Part shown: in pieces, positions 9,007 to 16,804 of the stretch
How positions within the stretch are numbered: the first letter of the stretch is position 1
How the letters are laid out: each line of letters begins with the position of its first letter
NCBI GenBank assembly: GCA_004524535.1
Contig: SDNY01000071.1
Span: 1-18,562 of the forward strand
DNA length: 18,562 nt
Direction: 5' to 3'
Source: Promethearchaeota archaeon
Lineage (GTDB): Archaea; Asgardarchaeota; Lokiarchaeia; Sigyniarchaeales; SOKP01
Translations under genes and position numbers: made by a program
The notes under the pieces: model-generated
What the model was told of the DNA's origin: nothing
The model's database searches: none
The model's input: only the letters and a program-made list of their open reading frames with translations

Positions 9007-9855
9007 TTACCATTCATCGTAATTAGGTTTGCGTTTCTCTAAAACAGAAAATACCCCTTCGAGGAGATCTTTTGTGTTTAGACATATAACTTGAGATCTA
9101 TTTTCTAATTTAATCGCAGATTCAAGTGATTGTGCATCAACATTCGCATTTAACGCATCTTTAGTGAATCGAACTCCCATTGGACTTTTACCTATAATTT
9201 GTTGGGCTAAAACAATGGCCTCCTCGAGCAATTTGTTATCTGCAACTACTCTTGAGACCAGCCCAATTTTATCTGCTTCTTGGGCATCCATAGCTCTCCC
9301 TGTATACATAAATTCTGCAGCCCTTGAAAATCCAATAAGACGAGGAAGCCAATATGAACTTCCCATATCTGCTCCAGACACTCCAATATTGATAAATGCA
9401 TTGCAGAATTTAGCGCTCTCTCCTGCTATTCTAATATCTGATGCAAGAGCAAAACCAAGACCTCCTCCATATGCCACACCATTCACAGCAGCGATTACGG
9501 GTTGAGGTATTTTTCTAAGAAGAATCATGACTTCAGACAATTTCTTCTGAGCAAGGATATTTCTTTTAATTTTATCTTTTGCCATCAGATATTCAGGATA
9601 TTCTTCAGGAATTTTTTTAGCTGGTTTAAGTATAATTTGACTTTCTTTCAAGTCCAATCCAGATGAAAATCCGCGACCTTCTCCAGTAAGAATTACAACA
9701 CGAATAGCAAGATTATTTTCGAGATTTTTTAGATAATCTATCATTTCATGTGTTAACTCGAAGTTTATCGCATTCAGACTCTCTGGTCTATTGAAAATAA
9801 GGATTGAAATACCATCTTCTCTTTCTTCTACCTTAATACTTTTATAATCCTTCAT
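9007..9855 (-). CDS. Enoyl-CoA hydratase/isomerase (crotonase) family protein
   Basis: NRPESLNA, FSSGLDL, PVIAAVNGVAYGGG, ASDIRIA, GADMG, LPRLIG, TGR..A.EA..IGLV, EKRKP. SD-like GGTG before the ATG. Confidence 0.93.
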   Translation of the reverse strand: MKDYKSIKVEEREDGISILIFNRPESLNAINFELTHEMIDYLKNLENNLAIRVVILTGEGRGFSSGLDLKESQIILKPAKKIPEEYPEYLMAKDKIKRNILAQKKLSEVMILLRKIPQPVIAAVNGVAYGGGLGFALASDIRIAGESAKFCNAFINIGVSGADMGSSYWLPRLIGFSRAAEFMYTGRAMDAQEADKIGLVSRVVADNKLLEEAIVLAQQIIGKSPMGVRFTKDALNANVDAQSLESAIKLENRSQVICLNTKDLLEGVFSVLEKRKPNYDEW

Positions 9856-9947
9856 TTACACCACTATCTAATTTAATGTTTATATTAAGAATAAAAAGGA
9901 TAGATTGATTTAAAACAATATTTTATATTTCTTTTCTCCTAATTCAA

Positions 9948-11183
9948 TTAATGATGGTGACCTGATTCTGAGCTCTCATCAAACATATACTTGACTCCTT
10001 TTTTTAGAGGAGACATTTTTCTAAGACGCTCAATTATAGGAGGTAATTTTTCAAGAAAATAATCAACCTCTTCTTCAGTTGTAAATCTACCAAATGAAAT
10101 CCTTAATGAGCCATGCGCCTCTTCTGGTCTTAATCCTATTGCTAACAAAACATGAGATGCCTCCAATGAGACTGAAGAACATGCTGAACCAGTACTGGCA
10201 GCTATACCTTCCATATCTAAACTAAGCAAAATGGATTCACCTTCAATATATTTAAATCCTAAATTAACATTATTGGGAAGTCGCTGTGTAGGATGACCAT
10301 GCAAATAACTATCTTCAATATTTTCAGTTACAGCTTTTATAATCTTATCGCGTAGTTTGATTTGTCTTTCCATTTCTTTTGTCATATCTTCTTTACAAAG
10401 TTCAATCGCTTTAGCATACCCTGCAATTAATGGTACAGCTTCAGTACTTGGTCTCATTTTTCTTTCATGTTCACCTCCATGCATTAGGGGCTCAATATAT
10501 TTTCCCCAACCTTCCCTTTTACCCTTATTTCTGATATAGAGCATCCCAATACCCTTAGGACCATAAAGTTTATGGGCACTTGAAGATAACATATCTATAT
10601 TCATTTCTTTCACGTCTATCGGAACTTTTCCAATAGCTTGAACGGCATCTGTATGAAAAATTACATCATGTTTTCTTGCGATTGCTCCAATCTCTTTAAT
10701 TGGTTCTATAGTACCAATTTCATTATTAGCGAACATTATAGTTATTAAAATTGTTTTGTCAGTTATGGCATTTTCCAATTCATTCAAATCAATTAATCCA
10801 TATTTGTCGACATGCAAAAAAGTTACTTTATAGCCAAATTTCTCCAATTCTTTACATGGATTTTCAACCGCATGATGTTCTATAGAGGAGGTAATTATAT
10901 GATTGCCCCGATCTTTACATTTAAAAGCTACACCTTTAATCGCAAGATTGTCAGCCTCGGTACCCGAAGAAGTGAAAAATATATCATCCTTATCGGCATT
11001 AATGAATGAGGCAATTGTTTCTCTCGACTCTTCCAATATTTGGTGTGCTCTCTTACCTACTGTATGTAAACTCGAGGCATTTCCATAAGTTTGTTTAAAA
11101 TGTTTTTGAATTACTTCAATAACTCTTGGATCCATTGGAGTTGTCGCATTATAATCCAAATAAACATATTTCGAATCAGTCAT
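9948..11183 (-). CDS. iscS: Cysteine desulfurase IscS/NifS (group I)
   Basis: YLDYNATTP, YGNASSLH, TSSGTEADN, NNEIG, HTDAVQ, SAHKLYGPKG (PLP Lys), STGSACSS (catalytic Cys), SLRISFGR. Likely start is ATG 11183; the track gives TTG 11192. Confidence 0.95.
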   Translation of the reverse strand: MTDSKYVYLDYNATTPMDPRVIEVIQKHFKQTYGNASSLHTVGKRAHQILEESRETIASFINADKDDIFFTSSGTEADNLAIKGVAFKCKDRGNHIITSSIEHHAVENPCKELEKFGYKVTFLHVDKYGLIDLNELENAITDKTILITIMFANNEIGTIEPIKEIGAIARKHDVIFHTDAVQAIGKVPIDVKEMNIDMLSSSAHKLYGPKGIGMLYIRNKGKREGWGKYIEPLMHGGEHERKMRPSTEAVPLIAGYAKAIELCKEDMTKEMERQIKLRDKIIKAVTENIEDSYLHGHPTQRLPNNVNLGFKYIEGESILLSLDMEGIAASTGSACSSVSLEASHVLLAIGLRPEEAHGSLRISFGRFTTEEEVDYFLEKLPPIIERLRKMSPLKKGVKYMFDESSESGHHH

Positions 11184-11334
11184 TTCATTCAAATCTTAGA
11201 TTTACCTTTGAATAGGATTTTAAATATTAAAATAATTATGAAATCTTCTAAGATATTATAAGTATAGTTTTTTTTAAAAAGATAATAATTATATTTAACA
11301 AATCTAAAAAAATATATTCGAACGAGATTTAAAA

Positions 11335-11892
11335 ATGGTCTTTTCTCTAATTTGGGGTATTACTGGAACTGGTTATCTTATTCAGGAATCTATTGATTTA
11401 ATGAAGGAGCTAAAAAACGAATTTAAGGATAAAATAAATATTACAGTTATGCTCTCAAAGGAAGGAGCTGTGGTTGTGAAGTGGTATAAACAATGGGATT
11501 ATTTAAATGAAGTTGTCAAGAAAGTAAAGGTCGAGAATACACCGAATAATCCATTTTTAGCAGGTCCACTTCAGCTTGGCAAATATGATTTATTTATTGT
11601 ATGTCCAGTCTCAGCGAATTCTGTTGCAAAAATAGTATATGGAATAGCTGATTCCTTAATTACGAACTGTGTTGCTCAAGCAATTAAGGGAGGGGTTATA
11701 GTTTATTTATATCCATCTGACCAACATTTGGAACCGATAGTTACTTCAAGACCCGATGGAAGTCCTTTAGTTTTAAAGATTAGAGATATTGAAATTGAAA
11801 ACGTCAATAAATTAAAAAAAATGGAAGGTATTGTAGTTCTTTCAGATTTTTCAGAAATAAAACCTATTATTCTACAGAAATTTGAAAAATGA
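11335..11892 (+). CDS. Archaeal flavoprotein (AfpA/dihydromethanopterin reductase-like, HFCD superfamily)
   Basis: WGITGTG, SKEG..VVKWY, GPLQLGKYD, PVSANSVAKIVYGIADSLITN..AQA.KG, YPSD are characteristic of AfpA/DmrX flavoproteins. Confidence 0.8.
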   Translation: MVFSLIWGITGTGYLIQESIDLMKELKNEFKDKINITVMLSKEGAVVVKWYKQWDYLNEVVKKVKVENTPNNPFLAGPLQLGKYDLFIVCPVSANSVAKIVYGIADSLITNCVAQAIKGGVIVYLYPSDQHLEPIVTSRPDGSPLVLKIRDIEIENVNKLKKMEGIVVLSDFSEIKPIILQKFEK

Positions 11893-12314
11893 TTGAGCAA
11901 GGAGCATTTATTACAGGAAATATTATTTTAGACACCATTACAATAATAATCGTTTCGATAATAATCTTCATAATAGGAATTTTTATTACAAAATGGATTG
12001 CTATAAGGGAAAATCGGGATGAATCCTACAAACCAGCTATTATACTAAATATCCTATGGTTGGGGGTAAATATAATATTCTATACTATTTTCAATTTCAT
12101 AGCTTACGGTATATTTCTTGCTTTCATAATTTCCTTCTTGATGAATATATTTATAGGTTCTTTTTTAGCTTCAAAACTCTACAAGCAAGAATATGTTGTA
12201 TCTCTAGTTTTCGTCATTAAAATTTTGGTATATTTATTGATAATTGGACTGATTGTTGGTTTTATAGTATTTATAATAATCTTATTAATAATTATTGGAT
12301 TAACCGTAGTTTAG
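11889..12314 (+). CDS. Hypothetical integral membrane protein (~4 TM helices)
   Basis: 141 aa, four long hydrophobic stretches. ATGA overlap with the upstream flavoprotein stop suggests translational coupling. Confidence 0.75.
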   Translation: MIEQGAFITGNIILDTITIIIVSIIIFIIGIFITKWIAIRENRDESYKPAIILNILWLGVNIIFYTIFNFIAYGIFLAFIISFLMNIFIGSFLASKLYKQEYVVSLVFVIKILVYLLIIGLIVGFIVFIIILLIIIGLTVV

Positions 12315-12348
12315 AGCTAAAAAGAAGATAAATTATTGAATATTAAAT

Positions 12349-12789
12349 CTAACCTTCAAATTTTATTACTTTAATTGCTTTCTCGGGGCAGGATAATTCA
12401 CACTTAAAGCAACCTTGACATTTAGCAATTTCCTTAAACTTAAATTTAATTACATCAATTTCCTTATCATTAACTCGTATTTTGTCCTTGTAGAATAGAT
12501 TATTTGGACATAATTTAACTTCTCTGTCTACACATTTCAAACATAAATTGCATCTTTCATGTTCAATTTTAACTGTAAGTACTTGTTGTTGACTTACTAC
12601 CGAAGTTATTACGATAGCATTTCTTGGACACACTTGTACGCAGGTTAAACATGCCTTACACTTAGAATAATCAACCTGTCTAATTCCATGTTTGAAATAT
12701 ATTGCTTTTTCTGTACAAGCTCTTACACATCTTTCGCATTTTATACACTGATTTTGATCAATCTGAATGGGGAAAAATTTTTCTTTCAT
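12349..12789 (-). CDS. Polyferredoxin with four [4Fe-4S] motifs
   Basis: CIKCERCVRAC, CKACLTCVQVCP, CNLCLKC-x7-CP, CQGCFKCELSCP. Confidence 0.9.
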   Translation of the reverse strand: MKEKFFPIQIDQNQCIKCERCVRACTEKAIYFKHGIRQVDYSKCKACLTCVQVCPRNAIVITSVVSQQQVLTVKIEHERCNLCLKCVDREVKLCPNNLFYKDKIRVNDKEIDVIKFKFKEIAKCQGCFKCELSCPEKAIKVIKFEG

Positions 12790-12861
12790 GCTTATTCAAA
12801 TTAAGAAAAAAAGAGCTAATAAAATTGATTTTTATAAAATAAAGTTCATTTTTTGAAGATA

Positions 12862-13653
12862 TTATTGAAAATATTGCGTATATTCTTTACCTGTTCCAGG
12901 CAATTGTTGTTGTTTCTGATATTCTTGTGCTTTTTGTGCCAGTTCCAACATCTTAGCTTTGATTTCTTTACCTTCCTCGATTAATTTATCAGTTTCTATA
13001 TTTAAATTATAAATATCGTTTAAAACTTCAATAATTGCTGCGGCACCCTCAGGAGTAGGAATCTCTAATACGGGCGTAAATAATGCGTAAGCCCTTAATC
13101 TATTTGTCAAAGCTTCGTTTAGGACAGTTGCTTCAGGACCTACAATAATTCCTTTTTCAACTTTTTTAATACCATGCTTTTCAAGAGCATCTATCATCTC
13201 GGCTTCAGCAGCATAATAAACAGGATAATCGTCTATTATTCCCCTTTGTGGTATTCCTTGAAAAATAACTATTTCTTTTGCCCTCACATCTTCAGAAAGT
13301 GCCCAATTACATATTGTTTTTGAAAGGTCGTTGTAAGCAGAAGGGGTTTGAAAGGGAACTTCACAAACACCAACAATTAAGTTATGCTGAGGGGTATAGA
13401 GTAATCTAAACGGATGTTTCAAAACACCTTGATAAAATACGCTTATTGGTGGAAGATAATCAGAAACTAAAAATCCGATTTCCTTGACATCCGGAATCTG
13501 TTCTATGAGCTGATTTGCCACGATGGGACCTATTAGGCCGATACCCGCAAATCCTAATATTAGAGTTGCACCTTCATTAATTTGAAACGATAAATCTTCA
13601 ATAACTATTTTACTTTTTTTACCAGCGTCACAAATATATTCTTTTTTTACCAT
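12862..13653 (-). CDS. PAC2 family proteasome assembly chaperone (PbaA/PbaB-like)
   Basis: LGFAGIGLIGPI, LPP....G...HPFRLL, I.GP...L, PTPEGAA, IETDKLIEEGKEI. Likely start is ATG 13653 after AAGTGAT; the track gives GTG 13665. Confidence 0.85.
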   Translation of the reverse strand: MVKKEYICDAGKKSKIVIEDLSFQINEGATLILGFAGIGLIGPIVANQLIEQIPDVKEIGFLVSDYLPPISVFYQGVLKHPFRLLYTPQHNLIVGVCEVPFQTPSAYNDLSKTICNWALSEDVRAKEIVIFQGIPQRGIIDDYPVYYAAEAEMIDALEKHGIKKVEKGIIVGPEATVLNEALTNRLRAYALFTPVLEIPTPEGAAAIIEVLNDIYNLNIETDKLIEEGKEIKAKMLELAQKAQEYQKQQQLPGTGKEYTQYFQ

Positions 13654-13855
13654 TTTATAAATCACTTCTATTGTGTATATTTTAAAGTATTTATATTTTT
13701 ATCATGTATTAAATCTTAAAAACTTTCAATGGTTTTATAATAAATATTAATTTTCTTAACACAATAATTATATCTAATTGAATTTAAAAATTGAATGTAT
13801 AATTTATAGATACAAATAGAATTTTAAAATCTTGACACTAAAAGAGGGAAGAAAA

Positions 13856-14374
13856 ATGGTAGTAAATGAATTGAAGGTTGGAGATAAAGCTCCATCATTC
13901 AAATTAGACTCATATAATGCAGGAACTGTTGACTTGGCAGAGGAAATAGGAAAACAAAAAATTGTCTTAATTTTTTCAAGATATTTTGGTTGTCCTATTT
14001 GCCAATTAGATTTAAACGATTTATTGGCTAGGTTAACTGAAATTGAAAATAAAGGTGTTAAATTGCTATATATAACTCAATCCGGAGAAAAAACAGCAAA
14101 AGAATTCATAGAAAAGAAAAAGATCACTTTTCCAGTTATCCCTAGCTCAAAAAAAGAACTATATAAAGATTACGGGTTGGGAATGATGACTCCAGACGCT
14201 ATAAAAGAAGTAAGAACTAAATTCAAAGAGACCATGAAAGCGGGGATCGAACACGGTGAATATGAAGGCTGGGAACAACAAGGACCAGGACAGTTTGTTG
14301 TTGATTCGGATGGTACAATAATTCACGCAAAACAAGGATGGTTAAATATTGAAGCTATACTTGAAGTCTTATAG
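13856..14374 (+). CDS. Peroxiredoxin-like AhpC/TSA (redoxin) family protein, CxxC type
   Basis: LKVGDKAPSF, FSRYFGCPICQ, FP....KELYKDYGL, QGPGQFVVDSDG.I. Likely start is ATG 13856 after GAGGGA; the track gives TTG 13832. Confidence 0.85.
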   Translation: MVVNELKVGDKAPSFKLDSYNAGTVDLAEEIGKQKIVLIFSRYFGCPICQLDLNDLLARLTEIENKGVKLLYITQSGEKTAKEFIEKKKITFPVIPSSKKELYKDYGLGMMTPDAIKEVRTKFKETMKAGIEHGEYEGWEQQGPGQFVVDSDGTIIHAKQGWLNIEAILEVL

Positions 14375-14410
14375 AAATTAAATCCGGAAATAGATTATTA
14401 ATTTATTATA

Positions 14411-14420
14411 TTTTTTTTTT
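14411..14420 (+). terminator. Oligo-T tract, likely terminator after the peroxiredoxin-like gene
   Basis: T10 run about 36 nt downstream of the stop codon. Confidence 0.35.
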
Positions 14421-14538
14421 AAGAAAATTTATAAAATAAAACAATAAATTCAAATCGGTTTATTAACTAATAACAATACAGTTAAAAAGATTAATATTCA
14501 TTAACACTAAATTTTTATTATTTTGAGATATTGTCATT

Positions 14539-15108
14539 ATGGAAATGAAGAAAAAAACATTTAACGAGTTATTAAATATTGATAACGATGATAAAAAGAT
14601 CATCGAAATGATTGAAAAAAATCCTGATATTACTCATTCTGACATCGCAAAAGAAATTGATAAAAGCCAACCAGCTGTAGGCGCCCGAATTATAAAATTA
14701 GAGAGAAAAAATTTAATTACTAAACAAGTTGGATTTAATATTAGAAAGGTCGATATTGTATCGTCAATTGTATTCATCTCTACGAAAGATGTCGAAAACA
14801 TTGTAGAAAAAATTAAGGATTGTCCTTTTATTAATCACGCTTTTAAAATTAGTGGGGAATACAACCTATTATGTATTATATCTGCTTCAGATTTGCAAAC
14901 TATTGAGAGACTCATTGATTTATGCTTTCGTAAAGATCCGAATGTTATTAATGTTAAAACAAATATTTTAATCGATTCTATACATGATTTTGTTGTCCCT
15001 ATTGACTTTCAAATTGAAAATTTTGATGGCAGATATTGCGGACCAGGATGTCATTTAAAAGAAGAGATACCCAAATTTAAGTTTCAACAGATCGAGAAAG
15101 AAGAATAA
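14539..15108 (+). CDS. Lrp/AsnC family transcriptional regulator (paralog 1, Cys-rich)
   Basis: IDNDDKKII..NPDITHSDIAKEIDKSQPAVGARIIKLE (HTH); SGEYNL RAM-domain motif; CPF; C-terminal CGPGC. Confidence 0.9.
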   Translation: MEMKKKTFNELLNIDNDDKKIIEMIEKNPDITHSDIAKEIDKSQPAVGARIIKLERKNLITKQVGFNIRKVDIVSSIVFISTKDVENIVEKIKDCPFINHAFKISGEYNLLCIISASDLQTIERLIDLCFRKDPNVINVKTNILIDSIHDFVVPIDFQIENFDGRYCGPGCHLKEEIPKFKFQQIEKEE

Positions 15109-15122
15109 GTAAATTTTTTTTC

Positions 15123-15662
15123 TCAAATCTTACCTTCTTTTTTGGCGATGAGATATTTACATTTCTCCCCGCAGCCTTCTTCTATTGTTGGTTCGTGATC
15201 TTCAGAATCAAAATCGATAGGAAGAATAAAATCTTTTGCAATCTCTGTCACAACATTCATTGAAACCTTACTCACATCTGGATTCCCCCGGAAATGATAA
15301 TTCACAACATTCTCTAATTTTCTGAGTTCTGAACTCGCCAAAAGAACACAGATATTATATTCACCACTTACACGGAACGCGTTGAGCATAAAAGGACAAA
15401 CCTTCGCCATGCTGAGAATCTCCTCTGGATCGTTAGTATTTACTTCGACAGTCGCCATAAAAATCTCTACCTTTTTGAAATTAATACCAGGTTGAAATTG
15501 TAATACGCCTGATTTTTCTAGCTTTTTTATGCGCATTCCAACTGTAGGTTGACTTCTGTCAATCCTTTCGGCAATTTCAGTATGAGTAAGATTTGGTTCT
15601 TCTTGAACTAGTGTTATTATTTTACGGTCAATATCGTCCAATTTTAATTTTTCTGAAATCAT
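15123..15662 (-). CDS. Lrp/AsnC family transcriptional regulator (paralog 2, Cys-rich)
   Basis: LDDIDRKII..PNLTHTEIAERIDRSQPTVGMRIKKLE (HTH); SGEYNI; CPF; C-terminal CGEKC. Confidence 0.9.
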   Translation of the reverse strand: MISEKLKLDDIDRKIITLVQEEPNLTHTEIAERIDRSQPTVGMRIKKLEKSGVLQFQPGINFKKVEIFMATVEVNTNDPEEILSMAKVCPFMLNAFRVSGEYNICVLLASSELRKLENVVNYHFRGNPDVSKVSMNVVTEIAKDFILPIDFDSEDHEPTIEEGCGEKCKYLIAKKEGKI

Positions 15663-15780
15663 TTTTTTTCAAATTTTAATTTATATCTATTATATAAGAA
15701 ATTGATTTTTACAATTTATAATTTATAAATTAAAAATTAGATTGTTAAATGAAATTTTTAACCGCTAAGAAGAAATAATT

Positions 15781-16026
15781 TTAATCTATTGTTATTGCTC
15801 CAAATTTACAGTTTGTCGTACACATATGGCATTTTATGCACCGATCTTCACGATCTTCAATAACAATGCATTTAGGTTCTGAATCTTTATTGATAACGTG
15901 ATAAATCCCCCTAAAGCAAGCTTCTTCGCAATCATAAGTCGTACATTGTCGACATTTATTAGTGTCGATATGGTGAAATCGATAACTCTCTACAGTCTCC
16001 GTATTATTTGCTTTATTCATATGCAT
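15781..16026 (-). CDS. Small 2x[4Fe-4S] ferredoxin
   Basis: CRQCTTYDCEEAC (CxxCx4Cx3C variant) and CIKCHMCTTNC..GAI. Start is at 16026 or 16020. Confidence 0.85.
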   Translation of the reverse strand: MHMNKANNTETVESYRFHHIDTNKCRQCTTYDCEEACFRGIYHVINKDSEPKCIVIEDREDRCIKCHMCTTNCKFGAITID

Positions 16027-16136
16027 TCTGAAATAAGAAAGCCTTTTATCTCTTTATATTATATTCCATAAAGCAATTTTTTAATATTGACTAATAATTT
16101 ATCAAATAGACCCAATTTTAAAGAAGAGAATTATTA

Positions 16137-16804
16137 ATGGAACAAATAAATAAACCTGTTTATGAAATACATAATTTAAAGAAAGGCATATTTTTATCCC
16201 GACCAAACCGTTTTATTGCTGAAATTAAATATGGTGGACGGATGGAAAGTGCTCATGTCCACGATCCTGGTCGCTTGAAGAATTACTAATTAAGGGGGCT
16301 GAAGTGCTTTTTACTAATTCAAATGGTAAATTGAAATACTACATAAAAGCCGTTAAATATAACAACGAATGGGTTTTAATTGATAGTGCACAACATTCGA
16401 AAATCGCCATGAAAATTTTTTCTTATCTACCTGAATTCTCAAATGTAAGAGAGATAAATAAGGAAATTACGATAGGAAAAAGCAGAATTGATTTTCTACT
16501 AGATGGAACACCTTTAGAGGTCAAAGGATGTACATTAGTGAGAAATGGTCTTGCCTTATTTCCAGATGCTCCAACAGAACGGGGAACACGTCATGTAGAA
16601 GAAATAATTAAACATAAAGGAATAATATTATTCTTGATATTCCGAAAAGCGGACAGCTTTGCTCCTAATTGGGAAACAGATCCTAAATTCTCTAAAAAAT
16701 TAAGTGAGGCAAGGAAAAAAAAGATCAATATTATCTGTGTAGAAATTAGTTTTGATGGAAAAATGCTGTATTATAATGGAAAAATAAAATTGTCCGAATT
16801 TTAA
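16137..16804 (+). pseudogene. sfsA: DNA/RNA nuclease SfsA, interrupted by a 1-nt deletion near 16278-16280 (pseudogene or sequencing error)
   Basis: ORF 16137-16289 encodes MEQINK...FLSRPNRFIAEI...AHVHDPGRLK then NY*. The -1 frame continues ELLIKGAEVLF...SRIDFLL...EVKGCTL...FPDAPTERGTRH...DPKF. One extra base restores a 222-aa SfsA. Confidence 0.85.

Noticed and set aside
9948-9990. IscS C-terminal ESSESGHHH as a metal-binding tag
   Set aside because: Only three His, and IscS C-termini are variable and often end in His. Not enough evidence.
7415-11900. ORFs 7415-7639, 9164-9505, 10357-10539, 10812-11009, 10903-11088, 11703-11900
   Set aside because: Antisense shadows of well-supported genes; the Phe-rich ones mirror Lys-rich sense sequence.
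13856-14374. Prx-like protein as a selenoprotein
   Set aside because: The CxxC is encoded TGT...TGC with no in-frame TGA, and I saw no SECIS-like hairpin downstream.
14539-15662. Lrp-like pair as siroheme decarboxylase AhbA/AhbB (NirDLGH)
   Set aside because: They lack the H-x-Y-x-R and YN.[FY].M.H-type motifs, have intact HTHs, are convergent rather than operonic, and have no heme-biosynthesis neighbours.
15713-15731. Perfect inverted repeat AATTTATA-ATT-TATAAATT upstream of Lrp paralog 2
   Set aside because: Composed only of A/T in an extremely AT-rich spacer and overlapping probable TATA sequence; likely chance.
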